NCBI GenBank assembly: GCA_963806535.1
Contig: CAWDYC010000003.1
Span: 32,001 to 96,000, forward strand
DNA: 64,000 bases
Direction: 5' to 3'
Origin: Candidatus Bathyarchaeota archaeon
GTDB taxonomy: Archaea > Thermoproteota > Bathyarchaeia > Bathyarchaeales > Bathycorpusculaceae
The notes under the pieces were generated by a model. It worked only from the letters and a program-made list of their open reading frames with translations, did not search any database and had not been told where the DNA came from. Position 1 is the stretch's first letter. Every line of letters begins with the position of its first letter. A program made the translations under genes and the position numbers. Below, piece by piece: positions 1 to 11,123 of this stretch.

Positions 1-876
1 AACTATCTTCTCGCCTACCAATACTACAGGCTTGCCCGTTTCCCCACAATTAATTCGGAAGGAAAAAAGCAAGCGTACAAAAAATCACAAAATATGCTAC
101 TGAAAGCAGCCCGATACTTTGACGTTCCAATAGAGCGGGTAGAAATACCCTTCAAGCCCGAAGGCAACGAAGGAAACTGCATAATTGCCTATTTGCGAGT
201 TCCCAAAACGGGAGATGAGCCTTTTCCACTACTTTTCAGTTGGGGCGGAATAGACGGCTTTAAGGAAGAACAGTTAAATGACGAGGTTTTGGCGCATGGC
301 TTAGCGACGCTGGCAATTGATGGTCCCGGGGTAGGTGATTCTCCCCTTAAGGGTTCTGAGAACGCCGAAAGACTTTTTGAAGCAGTGCTTAACTGGATTA
401 ATACACGCAAAGAATTGGACACGAAGAAAGTGGCAATCTGGGGTTATAGCACAGGTGGCTACTGGGCGGTAAAAGTGGCTCACGTCTACAAAGACAGGAT
501 AGCTTGTGCAGTGAGTCAAGGCGGACCTGTCCATTTCGGTTTTGAACCTGAATGGATTAGCCGGCAAGAACGGGGAGAATATGCGTTTGAAGTTTTTGAT
601 ACTCTTGCTTTTGCTTTTGGCAAGTCAGGCTACGAAGAATGGGCCGAATATGCGCCTAAGCTGTCTCTTCTAAAACAGGGAATCTTGGATAAGCCATGCG
701 CCCCCCTGCTGCTTATTAACGGAGTGCACGATTCGCTTTTCCCGATCAAAGACTATTATTTGTTATTTGAACATGGCAGTCCAAAAAGCGCTAGATTCTT
801 TGAAGCTGGACACATGGGATTCACCAAAGATACCAACAAAATAATCACCGACTGGATTTACGAAAAATTGATTTAA
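1..876 (+). CDS. FrsA/DUF1100-like alpha/beta hydrolase (5'-truncated by window)
   Basis: Frame open from base 1; GGIDGFKEE motif, nucleophile elbow GYSTGG, C-terminal GHMG. Confidence 0.8.
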   Translation, partial: NYLLAYQYYRLARFPTINSEGKKQAYKKSQNMLLKAARYFDVPIERVEIPFKPEGNEGNCIIAYLRVPKTGDEPFPLLFSWGGIDGFKEEQLNDEVLAHGLATLAIDGPGVGDSPLKGSENAERLFEAVLNWINTRKELDTKKVAIWGYSTGGYWAVKVAHVYKDRIACAVSQGGPVHFGFEPEWISRQERGEYAFEVFDTLAFAFGKSGYEEWAEYAPKLSLLKQGILDKPCAPLLLINGVHDSLFPIKDYYLLFEHGSPKSARFFEAGHMGFTKDTNKIITDWIYEKLI

Positions 877-1110
877 CGATTCAAATATTATCGGCCTGAT
901 TTGCCCGATTTTAAACAAATTAATCGGCGTCGGGGGATTTTATTGATTAGCCCTCCTTGTGAAAAGAAGAGTTGCATAAACTTGAACGACATTGTTCAAT
1001 TGAAGAACCAGAGAAAACTGAAGAGTCTTGTTTTGATTTTTAGGATGCAATGGATTCTCTGAGACTCAAAGTAGTTGCTATTAGAGGAACCCTCGGCTAA
1101 AAATAAGCGC

Positions 1111-1560
1111 TCAGTTTTCTGTTATGCCTCTTTCTTTCAACCATGCTTTTGTCTTTTCGTTGATTTTGTCTCGAACTTCTCTGAATTTAGCTAACTTTTC
1201 TTCTTCTGTTCCTTGATATGCTGCTGGGTCTTCAAAGGGCCAAAATAATCTTGTGCCAACTCCAGGTATAGTGGGACAGGACTCTTCTGCTTTTACACAT
1301 ACTGTTATGACTATTCCGAAATGTATCTTTCCAAGATAGTCAGACAAATTCTTCGAATGTTGACCAGTTAGATCATAGCCCAACTCTTTCATCACCTGAA
1401 TAGTGTAGGGGTGAATGGGTCGAGACTCGAAGCCTGCACTGTAAACCTCAAAATAATCACCAGCATATTTCCTCAGAAAAGCTTCAGCCATTTGACTTCG
1501 CGCCGAATTGCCTGTACATAGAAAAATAACTTTGGTCTTTTTCAGCTCACGCTTACTCAA
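1111..1560 (-). CDS. arsC: Arsenate reductase, LMW-PTP fold
   Basis: CTGNSARSQMAEA P-loop, C..C resolving pair, FEDP motif; ars context. Confidence 0.9.
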   Translation of the reverse strand: MSKRELKKTKVIFLCTGNSARSQMAEAFLRKYAGDYFEVYSAGFESRPIHPYTIQVMKELGYDLTGQHSKNLSDYLGKIHFGIVITVCVKAEESCPTIPGVGTRLFWPFEDPAAYQGTEEEKLAKFREVRDKINEKTKAWLKERGITEN

Positions 1561-2021
1561 TTAACAAACCTCTCCATAATCCATTTTTTCATTTCATCCC
1601 TTGTACGACGAAAAGCCTCAAGTTTTTCTTCTTCAGTTCCCTGTGCTTCAGACGGATCCTCGAAAGGATGGTCCAAATAATCTTTAGCCTTAGGCAGTCT
1701 TTGGCGGATCAACTCAGGCCTACCCATGACTATCGGCGAAGCACAAATGGCACAATTTATCTTTGAACCGCTACGACAAACTGACACAACCAAGTCGATA
1801 TCGACATCTTTGAAAACATCGAGACTTTTAGAATATTGCTTAGAAATATCTATCCCGATTTCATCCATGACCTTAATAGCTAAAGGATTGACCTGCGTGG
1901 GATTTGTTCCGGCACTGAAAACATCGTACTCATCTCCATACAAGTGTCTAAGCAATCCTTCAGCAATCTGAGACCGAGCTGAATTATGAGTACACAAAAA
2001 CAAAACCTTAGTTTTAACCAT
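1557..2021 (-). CDS. arsC: Arsenate reductase paralog with Cys-containing insertion
   Basis: CTHNSARSQIAEG P-loop, FEDP motif; extra CxxC segment. Confidence 0.85.
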   Translation of the reverse strand: MVKTKVLFLCTHNSARSQIAEGLLRHLYGDEYDVFSAGTNPTQVNPLAIKVMDEIGIDISKQYSKSLDVFKDVDIDLVVSVCRSGSKINCAICASPIVMGRPELIRQRLPKAKDYLDHPFEDPSEAQGTEEEKLEAFRRTRDEMKKWIMERFVN

Positions 2022-2102
2022 TAAGACTCATCCTTATACGTTGCTTTTTGAACCATAAAAACATAGTCAATATATTCTTTATAGAAATAATTGTTTCATC
2101 TT

Positions 2103-2441
2103 TCAAATAGTCCAAAAAGAAAACACCTCAACGTTCTCCTTTTCAAATTCCTTCTTCAAGATACTTTTCACTTCATCCTCATCTAGATTCCAAAATCCTA
2201 GTTTGTCTTTGCGCAAAGGAATTTTTGTTTCTCTAAGGGATTGGCCTTTAGGAAAATCAAGAAAGATGTAGTAACGCGCCTCATGCATCAATATTATTCT
2301 TAAAGTTGTAAGTTCTTTGTTTGGCGAAAGAGCATTTTGCTCAAGAATGAAAACAATCGACTTTGGCTTCTTTTCGCTAACTAAACGCTTGAATTCTTCC
2401 CAATCCCTAATTCTAACGTGACCATCACTCATTTTCTTCAA
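2103..2441 (-). CDS. Hypothetical protein inside ars operon
   Basis: 112-aa ORF overlapping the stop of the upstream arsC; no motif recognised. Confidence 0.65.
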   Translation of the reverse strand: MKKMSDGHVRIRDWEEFKRLVSEKKPKSIVFILEQNALSPNKELTTLRIILMHEARYYIFLDFPKGQSLRETKIPLRKDKLGFWNLDEDEVKSILKKEFEKENVEVFSFWTI

Positions 2442-2820
2442 TTAACCTCTTGACCCTGTTTTCAATGTCATCTCTGATTTCTCGGACTTTTTCTATTGGC
2501 TTTCCTTTCGGATCTTCAAGTTTCCAATCGATTGTTGGTTTAAAGAAGGGTCCAGGGCATATTCCTTGATCGTTGCAGCCCATTGTGACAATTAGGTCTG
2601 AATCCTGAGCCATCTGGAAAGTAAGCAATTTCGGCTTATTTGCAGAAATATCAATGCCTTTTTCTTTCATGACTTCCACAACCACAGGGTTAACTGTTTC
2701 CGCAGGCTTGTTGCCAGCACTAAAAATAACAAACTTATCTTTTCCGTACTTGTTGGCGAAAGCCTCTGCCATTTGGCTTCTGCCCGCATTCTCTACACAG
2801 ACAAACAGTATTTTTTTCAT
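2425..2820 (-). CDS. arsC: Arsenate reductase/LMW-PTP family protein
   Basis: [17 protein letters not shown]...CP, WKLEDP. Confidence 0.9.
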   Translation of the reverse strand: MKKILFVCVENAGRSQMAEAFANKYGKDKFVIFSAGNKPAETVNPVVVEVMKEKGIDISANKPKLLTFQMAQDSDLIVTMGCNDQGICPGPFFKPTIDWKLEDPKGKPIEKVREIRDDIENRVKRLIEENE

Positions 2821-3903
2821 GCTTCATCCTCCTTATCTTTATAGTATTTCTTTCTTATCCAGAGGGCCACATTCACTAAACTTATCATGACTGGTACTTC
2901 TATTAATGGTCCTATAACTGCTGCGAAGGCTTCCTGTGAAGCTAAACCGAAAACCGCGACGGCTACGGCTATGGCTAATTCAAAGTTATTGCTGGCTGCG
3001 GTAAAAGAGAGCGAGGTTGTTCTTTTGTAACCCAGTTTAGAATAGTACCCTATGGCGAATGCCACCGAGAACATTATTATGAAGTAGACTAAAAGCGGAA
3101 TGGCAACTCTGACAACATCCAACGGCAAACTTACAATGTACTGTCCTTTGAGCGAAAACATAACAACAATAGTGAATAGCAATGCTATGAGTGACACGTG
3201 GCTTAGTTTATGCATTAGTTTGTGTTCGTACCATTCCTTGCCTTTGGTTTTTAGGAAGTAGTATCTGGTTATGATTCCGGCGAAGAATGGGATGCCTAAG
3301 TAAATCGCCACTGATTGTGCAACTTGTATTATGGAAATGTTTACGATTTGTCCTGAGCCTGAAATCCAACGAGCTGGCTATGGTTATGTAAAAGTATGCA
3401 AGAACCGAGTACATTACTATCTGAAAGATGGAGTTAACTGCAACTAGTATGGCTGTCCATTCGTTGTCGCCTTCTGCAAGGTTATTCCATACGATAACCA
3501 TAGCGATACATCGTGCTATGCCGATGAGTATTATGCCGTTTCTGAGGTCAGGATAGGCACCAAGGAATACCCAAGCTAAAACAAACATCAACAAAGGTCC
3601 AATTACCCAGTTAAGAGTAAGCGACTCCGTGAGCATTGTCTTTGAACCTTTGGAAGTTACCACTTTTTTTAGATCTTCGTATCGTACTCTTGCAAGCGGA
3701 GGATACATCATCAAAATCAAGCCTACAGCTATAGGAATTGAGGTGGTTCCAATACTCAAAGAGCCTATGTCACTGGATATCTTAGGATAGATGTAGCCTA
3801 TTGCAACCCCAATGGCCATTGCTAAGAATATCCAGACTGTGAGAAACTTGCTCAACAACGAGAGATGAGGCTTAGGCTTATCAGGTTTAGAAGGGATACA
3901 CAT
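2817..3903 (-). CDS. acr3: ACR3 arsenite efflux transporter (one frameshift near 3310-3370)
   Basis: [17 protein letters not shown] and [11 protein letters not shown]...GPLIEVP motifs spread over two overlapping ORFs. Confidence 0.9.
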
Positions 3904-3904
3904 T

Positions 3905-4207
3905 TTAACTGCCTGATGGTGTTTCTCGAAGTTTTCTGATTAATTTTCGTGTCTCTATTTTGGAAGGGTGTTTGATTGCTTTGGCTGGGCATATTGCATC
4001 GCAGCCATTGCATAGTATAACGCAATTGTTTGGATTTTTCACAATTGGCATCTTTTTGCCTTTGATTTCTTCAAATTCGTAGGTTCCGAGTTTGCAGTAT
4101 TCTACGCATTTTCCGCAGCTTACACATTTTTTATAATCTATTGTTGGGTACCAAGGTATCTTGCTTCGGGGAATTCCATGCCAAGTTTCTTCAGACATAT
4201 CTGTCAC
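3905..4207 (-). CDS. 2x[4Fe-4S] ferredoxin-family protein
   Basis: CVSCGKCVEYC and CVILCNGCDAICP motifs. Confidence 0.85.
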   Translation of the reverse strand: MTDMSEETWHGIPRSKIPWYPTIDYKKCVSCGKCVEYCKLGTYEFEEIKGKKMPIVKNPNNCVILCNGCDAICPAKAIKHPSKIETRKLIRKLRETPSGS

Positions 4208-4269
4208 CTTATTTCATCTGAAATATTCATAGCAACTTTTAAATATTGTTATCTACACTTAAACAAACC

Positions 4270-4599
4270 ATGTTTGCAAAAGTGGAAAACCAGAATCGCT
4301 TCAAATCAACAGTTTTCTACGCTCTCTCCGATCCAATCCGACTCGAAATAATAGCATATTTGCGAGACGGAGAAAAATGCGTCTGCGAAATCGTTCCACA
4401 TTTAAACCTAATTCAACCACTCGTTTCACGCCACTTAAGAATCCTCAAAGAAACCGGAATAGTCAGATGCCGAAAAGAAGGAACAAAACGAATGTATTCA
4501 ATTGTCGACCCCAGAATACACATTATTGTTGACGATTTAACACCAGAGTTTGTTAATGCCTTAACAAAAGAGATTCTGGACCAAATGACTTGCAGATAA
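4270..4599 (+). CDS. arsR: ArsR/SmtB metalloregulator
   Basis: ALSDPIRL, EKCVCEI, VSRHL; ATG at 4270 preferred over TTG at 4246. Confidence 0.9.
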   Translation: MFAKVENQNRFKSTVFYALSDPIRLEIIAYLRDGEKCVCEIVPHLNLIQPLVSRHLRILKETGIVRCRKEGTKRMYSIVDPRIHIIVDDLTPEFVNALTKEILDQMTCR

Positions 4600-4613
4600 A
4601 AAGGTGAAACAAA

Positions 4614-5441
4614 TTGAAAGAAGAAAAAATCAAGAAACTTGTAAGAAATCGATACGCCAAAGTTGCCAAAACCAACGGCTCTTGCTGCGCCTCAAATATT
4701 AGCTGTTGCTCAGCCCCGACAAACGAGCAAGTAAGCAAAATGATCGGTTACAGTGAAGAAGAGATGAGTGCAGTTCCAGAAGGTGCCAATCTTGGTTTAG
4801 GCTGTGGAAATCCAACCGCTTTAGCGTCTTTGAAAGAGGGCGAAAGAGTTCTGGATTTAGGGTCAGGCGCAGGTTTTGACTGCTTTTTGGCTGCAAAGAA
4901 AGTCGGCAAGCAAGGCAAGGTGATAGGCGTAGACATGACTCCTGAAATGCTCGACAAAGCTAGAGCAAACGCAAAAAAAGGCAAATACACAAATGTCGAG
5001 TTTAGATTGGGAGAAATTGAAAATCTGCCTGTCGCAGACAATTCAGTCGACGTTATAATATCAAACTGTGTAATCAACCTCGCCCCAAACAAGAAGCGAG
5101 TATTTGAAGAAGCATTCAGAGTTCTTGCTCCAAACGGTCGATTGATGGTGTCGGACATTGTTCTCTTAAAAGAGCTGCCTGAATCCATTCAAGAAAATGT
5201 TGAAGCCTATGCCGGATGCATTTCTGGGGCAGAGCTTAAAGAAAAATATCTTGAACTAATGCGAAAAGCTGGATTCCAAGAGGTAAAAGTCATAGAAGAA
5301 AAGACTTACCCGCTTGAATATATCATAAGTGAATCCACATTGAAAGAAGCAATCAAAATGTCAAACATGACAGAGGAAGAGGTAAAAGAAGCAGCCAACA
5401 TTGTAGTAAGCATAAAGGTATCCGCAGTGAAAACAAAATAG
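4614..5441 (+). CDS. arsM: Arsenite S-adenosylmethionine methyltransferase
   Basis: N-terminal [32 protein letters not shown]. Confidence 0.95.
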   Translation: MKEEKIKKLVRNRYAKVAKTNGSCCASNISCCSAPTNEQVSKMIGYSEEEMSAVPEGANLGLGCGNPTALASLKEGERVLDLGSGAGFDCFLAAKKVGKQGKVIGVDMTPEMLDKARANAKKGKYTNVEFRLGEIENLPVADNSVDVIISNCVINLAPNKKRVFEEAFRVLAPNGRLMVSDIVLLKELPESIQENVEAYAGCISGAELKEKYLELMRKAGFQEVKVIEEKTYPLEYIISESTLKEAIKMSNMTEEEVKEAANIVVSIKVSAVKTK

Positions 5442-5478
5442 CTCAAGCTAAAGACAAAACGTTAAGGAGATTCGTACT

Positions 5479-6045
5479 ATGAAAAAATCTTTAGGCGCAA
5501 ACACCATCGTTCCCACGACACCTGTTTGGGTTGTTGGAACTTATGATCGAGAGGGAAAACCAAATGTTATGACTGCTGCTTGGGGAGGAGTTTGTTGTTC
5601 TCAACCGCCATGTATCTATGTGTCTCTGAGAAAAGCCACGTATACCTACAAAAATATTGTGGACCGCAAAGCGTTTACGGTAAGTATTCCATCCGAAGAC
5701 TATGTCAAGGAAGCTGATTATTTTGGCATGGTTTCGGGGAAAACGGTGGATAAATTCGCGGCAACAGGGCTTACTCCAGTGAAAAGCGACCTTGTAGACG
5801 CACCCTCCGTGAAAGAATTTCCTCTCATTATTGAATGCAAACTTCTAAAAACAGTTGAAATTGGGCTTCACACGGAGTTCATAGGTGAAATCATGGACGT
5901 CAAAGCTGATTCTATTGTGCTTAATGAAAAGAAACTTCCAGACATTGAAAAAATGAAACCTATAATCTGGAATATGGCGGGAATGACATATCATAAAGTT
6001 GGGCAACCCGTGGGACAGGCATTTGCAATTGGAAAAGAGAAATAA
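5479..6045 (+). CDS. Flavin reductase-like (flavoredoxin) protein
   Basis: [24 protein letters not shown]. Confidence 0.85.
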   Translation: MKKSLGANTIVPTTPVWVVGTYDREGKPNVMTAAWGGVCCSQPPCIYVSLRKATYTYKNIVDRKAFTVSIPSEDYVKEADYFGMVSGKTVDKFAATGLTPVKSDLVDAPSVKEFPLIIECKLLKTVEIGLHTEFIGEIMDVKADSIVLNEKKLPDIEKMKPIIWNMAGMTYHKVGQPVGQAFAIGKEK

Positions 6046-6460
6046 CCTGTAAAATGTAACGTCTCTTCCTTTTTTAGAGCAGCTTTGATATAGGCTACAA
6101 AGATGGGTGTCTAAGTGCGATATCGCTGAGTAAAAATGAATCGAAGATCAAATAGTTATTTTCAGATTCTTTCTTTTTGAAAATATACGTGACATAGCAC
6201 GAAAAAGTTGGTTGGGCAATACGAAAATTATTGCCAATTAGAATGTTATGGTGTAATTTTGGTGCTAAATGATTCCAGCGAAGATAGCGTTTCTCCAAGC
6301 CCATATTTCTGACAAAACGGTCATTAAGAAAATAAAGCGTTGGAAGCGACCTGACCCTCACAGCTCACGTTTTCTACAATAGAAAGAAACTGCTATTTTC
6401 TGCTTCCAAGATTAAGACTACTTTTTCGTGACCAAACTCGAAGAAAATGAGCTGCATTTG

Positions 6461-6928
6461 TTATGTTTGTGGCGACTTCGTTTTAACGTTATCTGCGCTG
6501 GTATTTGCAGCTGCGTCGATAACTCCCTTTAAAGCAATTCCTGCTACGAAAGGTGCTGAAAGAAGTTTCGGATCAAATGTGGTAGAAACTACACCAGAAG
6601 AGTAAGCGATGAAACCCGCAGCGCCACCCAAAATAATCCCTAAGATCCATCCTAAGTAGACACCTTCACCAGTTGTGCTAGGATAAAGTATGACTGCTTT
6701 GTTCTGTATAAGATCGTGTATGAGTCCACCAACGGAACCGACAACAATACTCAACAAAAGAAATGACGTCGTTAGAGAACCAGCAATGCCAAGAATGAAA
6801 AGAAATGCTATGACCAGAGTTGCCATGACTGCTTGAGATAATTTTCCAAAAGCCTTCTTTTCTTTATCTGCAGAAGCCACAGTTGCCTCAGGTTTATTTA
6901 CAGCCCCTAAATCTACGGTCCCTGACAT
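6461..6928 (-). CDS. Membrane protein (DUF4257-like)
   Basis: Four hydrophobic segments; GSVGGLIHDL...YLGW..GIILGG. Confidence 0.6.
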   Translation of the reverse strand: MSGTVDLGAVNKPEATVASADKEKKAFGKLSQAVMATLVIAFLFILGIAGSLTTSFLLLSIVVGSVGGLIHDLIQNKAVILYPSTTGEGVYLGWILGIILGGAAGFIAYSSGVVSTTFDPKLLSAPFVAGIALKGVIDAAANTSADNVKTKSPQT

Positions 6929-7816
6929 GAATATTGTATAGGAAGAGTTGCCTTTTAAGTTTTTAGCGCGCTTAAAAACAAGACCCTCTATAGCAAACAG
7001 AAAGGCTAAATACAGGTCATTTTGCGGAATAAGGACAAAACTTACCTTTTGAAAAAGAGTTGTGAAGGGGACTCGCTCTATTATCGAAAAAGGTTGTGCA
7101 AATTGCTAAAAGTGGCCCCCATTATGCTGAACAATTGAGTAGTCCTGCGACAAATATGCACTTGCAACTGCCTGTTTCAGACTAACTGTGATAGTTGTGC
7201 TACAACACATAAATCTTAAATTCTGTTCTTGACTATTATATTTTAGAAGGAAAGAGCAAAAACAAGAAAGAAAAAGCACTTTCCAAAACAAAAAACAAAA
7301 AGTATCTAATGAAATTGGTAAGAAAATAGCACCGAATACTTTGCTATTAAAGAAAGAGTAAAGATATGCTCTTTCCTTCTTCCCATTTTTTATACTTAAC
7401 TCAACCACAGTCATTAAAGTGCTTTGCATTTCATCTGCAATTTTTGATTAACCTAGTCTACTGAAAGAACTAAAACAATAAGTACTTAATTTTAAGTTAG
7501 AAAACTGCGGTTTCGCCATTTGCGAATTAGAGTTGACAAGAGGCAAAGGCTGCTTCGCAGATTCAGCGAATTAGCGTTCTTAAAAAGTGTTATTTAACCG
7601 TTAAAGATAAAATGCCAACCTAACGGAAGCCAAACTATGAGCAAACGCAAAACTCCTCTTGAAAACAAAAGTTACTATGGCGGCATCTATTATTTTTTGC
7701 TTCATCGCAAAGAAGACAAAAGTTCCAACAAATAGGAAAGTTATAAGTGGGCAGGTTCGAGCTAGGAACGGAAATGATATAAACGCTCTGAGCAGTGGTC
7801 ACTCTGGGGCATTGCT

Positions 7817-8795
7817 TTGGAGAAATGGCAGAACCTTCTAAGGTACGACCCGTTACCTATTTTGCTCTCGTCAAAGAATCCAGCTATTATGTTCTTCACA
7901 AAGCGTGACCTGCAAAACGAAAATGTCAATCAAATAGAAACTCTCTGGGAACAGCCTTCTAGTCAAAAAGATTGTGAGCAACCAGCAGCCTGATGGTTCA
8001 TGGAGATATCCTGGAGCAAAGCTGAACATCCGTTCCCAGCAGAACTACAATCAGATTGAAACTTACCGAATCGTCGGAGAACTCGTCGAAAAATACGGCT
8101 TCAACAAACCGCAATAATGCTATACGAAATGCAGCTGATTTCCTGTTTAGTTTCCAAACACAAGAAGGAGATTTTAGAGGAATATATGGAAACCAGTATT
8201 CTCCAAACTACACCGCTGCGATTATGGAGCTTTTGATAAAATCAGGCTACCAAAACGATCTCCGAGTTGAGAAAGGTTTTCGTTGGCTTCTTTCTATCCG
8301 ACAGAATGATGGAGGATGGGCAATAGCAAGCCGAACAAGAAACGTGAAAATTAACTGATTTTCTGTTTCAGGCAGAAACGATGCAGCCTGACAGGACAAA
8401 GCCGTTCTCGCACCTAGTGACCGGCGTCGTGTTACGCGCATTTGCAGCTCACCCCAAGTATCGCCAATTAGACGAGGCAAAAGCCGCTGGAAACCTCTTA
8501 GCGTCAAGGTTCTTCAAAAAAGACGCTTATCCAGACCGAGGAACAGCTGCTTTCTGGACAAAATTCTCCTTTCCATTCTGGTTCACAGACATTCTTGTCA
8601 TCACTGGATTCTTTGTCGCTTCTGGGTTTCAAAATGCAAGAACCACAAATCAAAAAGGCAATTGATTGGCTCATCAACGCACAAGATGAAAACGGTTTAT
8701 GGAATGTGCATCTGGTTAGGGGTAAAGACAAGGATTTGAATCTCTGGATAGCCTTGGCAATCTGCCGCGTTCTCAAAAGATTCTGCCTAAATTAA
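7817..8795 (+). pseudogene. Prenyltransferase/squalene-cyclase (QW-repeat) family protein, several frameshifts
   Basis: QQPDGSW, QTQEGDF, RQNDGGW and QDENGLW repeats across 4-5 frames; TTG start inferred; breaks may be sequencing errors. Confidence 0.7.
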
Positions 8796-8885
8796 CCGAA
8801 GAAGCAGTTCTCATTAATTCTTTTAAAGAATAAAAAGAAGGGAAAATTCCAAGATTTTCCATTTTTCTCGCAGTTTAGTATGTTA

Positions 8886-9998
8886 CTATCTGAGGGATTT
8901 TCTTGTTCTGACTTTTAATGTAACTGCGGAAACGGTCAATACGATCATGGCTACAACAACTGAAAGGAGAACTGCACTACTGAACTCTGGAACTGTTGGA
9001 GTTGAAGTAGATGAGGCAGAACTGGTTGGACTGGCAGTTGAAGGAGTACCTGAGGAAACTGGCGTCACAGTTACTGTGCCTGGATCGTTACTATTAGTTA
9101 CATAGATTGTGGCTGTGCCTGAATCGTAAGCTATGCCAGCGGGGCTGGTTCCAACATTAAGGGTTGCTGTAACGGTGTTTGTGCTGTCAGATATGACTTG
9201 GCCGCTGCTGGCGATTATTTTGCCATCGTTATTATCATAAACTAAGTTACCTGCAGATCCCACATTTTTGATTTCTTTATAGATTGAATTGTCGCTTTCT
9301 GAGATGACCGTAACGTCGGTGTAGTTTGTCACGTATATCCTGCCTTTGGCAGAATCATAGGCTAAGCTTCCCGGAGGATGGTAAGGATTCGAAGCCACCT
9401 TTATGGTTTTAGTGACCTGGTTGTTTTTGTCGGATATGATAGAAACGTCGACTCCTATTGTTACGGAAACGTAGATTGTGCTCTTAGCTGAATCATAGAT
9501 TAACTGTCCTGGGTAAGAGTCTATGGTGATGTTTGCGACGATGGTGTTGGATGTGTCTGAAATAACTGAGACATTCATGGTGTAGGAATCGCAAACGAAT
9601 ATCTCACCCTTTCCTGAATCATAGGCTATGCCTGTGCAACCCCGAGCGACGGGTATAGTAGTAGTAACCGTGTTGGAGTTGTCCGGTACAACGTATATTC
9701 CGCCACTTGAGGAAACGTACATCTCGTGTTGACCTGAATCATAAGCCATTGCAAAGGGAGTGGATGTCAACCCGCTTACAGTTCGAACGACGGTGTTTGT
9801 GCTGTCTTGAATAACCGATAGGGTGCCAGCGTCGGGATTAACCACGTACAACTCATTCGTGCTTGGATCGTATGCTACCCCAGTTGGGTAGACTCCTATT
9901 CCAACTGTAATTGGTGTTTGGGCATGAACTGAGTTGGCTGACAAAACAATGACCATGATTGTCAACAACCCCATTAGTTTCCAAATTTTGGTTTTCAT
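8886..9998 (-). CDS. Secreted YncE/YVTN beta-propeller surface protein with PEF-CTERM-like tail
   Basis: Signal peptide, repeated P.GIAYDS...IYV blades, S/T/P linker, VPEF + TM + basic tail. Confidence 0.85.
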   Translation of the reverse strand: MKTKIWKLMGLLTIMVIVLSANSVHAQTPITVGIGVYPTGVAYDPSTNELYVVNPDAGTLSVIQDSTNTVVRTVSGLTSTPFAMAYDSGQHEMYVSSSGGIYVVPDNSNTVTTTIPVARGCTGIAYDSGKGEIFVCDSYTMNVSVISDTSNTIVANITIDSYPGQLIYDSAKSTIYVSVTIGVDVSIISDKNNQVTKTIKVASNPYHPPGSLAYDSAKGRIYVTNYTDVTVISESDNSIYKEIKNVGSAGNLVYDNNDGKIIASSGQVISDSTNTVTATLNVGTSPAGIAYDSGTATIYVTNSNDPGTVTVTPVSSGTPSTASPTSSASSTSTPTVPEFSSAVLLSVVVAMIVLTVSAVTLKVRTRKSLR

Positions 9999-10224
9999 AT
10001 GTATTCATTAACCTTTCGTTTTATAGAGTGCACTTGATGCATACAAGTTACTTCTAAGTCTGTTAGCTACGAAATGCTATAAAAAACTTACCAGAATTTT
10101 CAAAATGTTTTCACCGCTAACATTCTCAATGAACAAACGAAGATGAACATTTTCTCAAGGATCCTAACATTACACAATAAAAATAAACTAAAAATCTTAT
10201 TTTTCTTTAAAAAATTCTTTTTTT

Positions 10225-10689
10225 TTACGTTAGGGTTGCTCCACAGTTAACGCATTTAGAAGCATCTGGCGTATTTTTAGTTCCACAATATGAACAAATT
10301 ATCATTGCTGGAGTTGTTTCTTCTGTTAAAGCCTGTGTTTGAGCTTTGCTGATGTTTTCTCTGATTATTCTGTAAGCATTTTCTGCGTCAGCTTTGGGTA
10401 TGTCAATTAGTATGAGGGGTGGTCCCTTGAGCTTAAATGTGCATTTAATTGTTGAACGTAGTATGCCTTTGTCAATGATTACGTCTTCGAAGTCTAAGTA
10501 GTTGTAGTCGGTGTAGTCTTTTTTTAGCCCGAGGGCATGGGGATGGCGTAAAATTACTCTCTGGTTGGTTATGACAACCGAGTCAATGTCAATCGCGAGA
10601 TGATAAAACTTCTGTTTAATGTAGAGTTCAACGGTTTCGTTTGGATCGAGGATATCTTTTAAATCGTCAGGAGCCGCCATAAAAATCAC
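10225..10689 (-). CDS. Bacterial-type PH domain protein with C-terminal zinc ribbon
   Basis: VVITNQRVI PH signature; CSYC...CVNC. Confidence 0.75.
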   Translation of the reverse strand: MIFMAAPDDLKDILDPNETVELYIKQKFYHLAIDIDSVVITNQRVILRHPHALGLKKDYTDYNYLDFEDVIIDKGILRSTIKCTFKLKGPPLILIDIPKADAENAYRIIRENISKAQTQALTEETTPAMIICSYCGTKNTPDASKCVNCGATLT

Positions 10690-10822
10690 TATTGATAAGA
10701 AGCTTGCACAATTATTTATTCCTTAAACAAAGTACACAAGCACCCGCGTATCCTAACAATCAAACTGCAAACAGAATCTTTATAATTACTACTCTTTTTA
10801 AAAGATGCCAAAGTGAAATCAA

Positions 10823-11056
10823 ATGACTGAATCGATAGAAATGAAAGTACAAAAAGCGCTTAACGAAATAAGACCTCAAATCCAAGCTGATGGTGGAGAC
10901 GTCGAACTTGTTGCAGTTGACAAAAAGACTGTGAAGGTTCGCTTGACTGGTGCTTGTGCCGGTTGCCCAATGTCGGCGATGACACTTAAGCAGGGTGTTG
11001 AGGCTCTTGTCAAACAGAGAGTTCCAGAAATACTAAAAGTGGAAGCGGTACAGTAG
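10823..11056 (+). CDS. NifU/Nfu-type Fe-S cluster carrier
   Basis: IRPQIQADGGDVELV...GACAGCPMS. Confidence 0.9.
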   Translation: MTESIEMKVQKALNEIRPQIQADGGDVELVAVDKKTVKVRLTGACAGCPMSAMTLKQGVEALVKQRVPEILKVEAVQ

Positions 11057-11123
11057 CAAGCGTGTTTCTGAAAATATCAATTTTTTTGATATAGGTGACT
11101 TAACATGAGTGGAGATTTGGTAA

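Noticed and set aside
7106-7841. ORFs 7106-7429 and 7659-7841 in an AT-rich stretch
   Set aside because: Low-complexity composition and no motifs; possibly decayed coding DNA, but not assignable.
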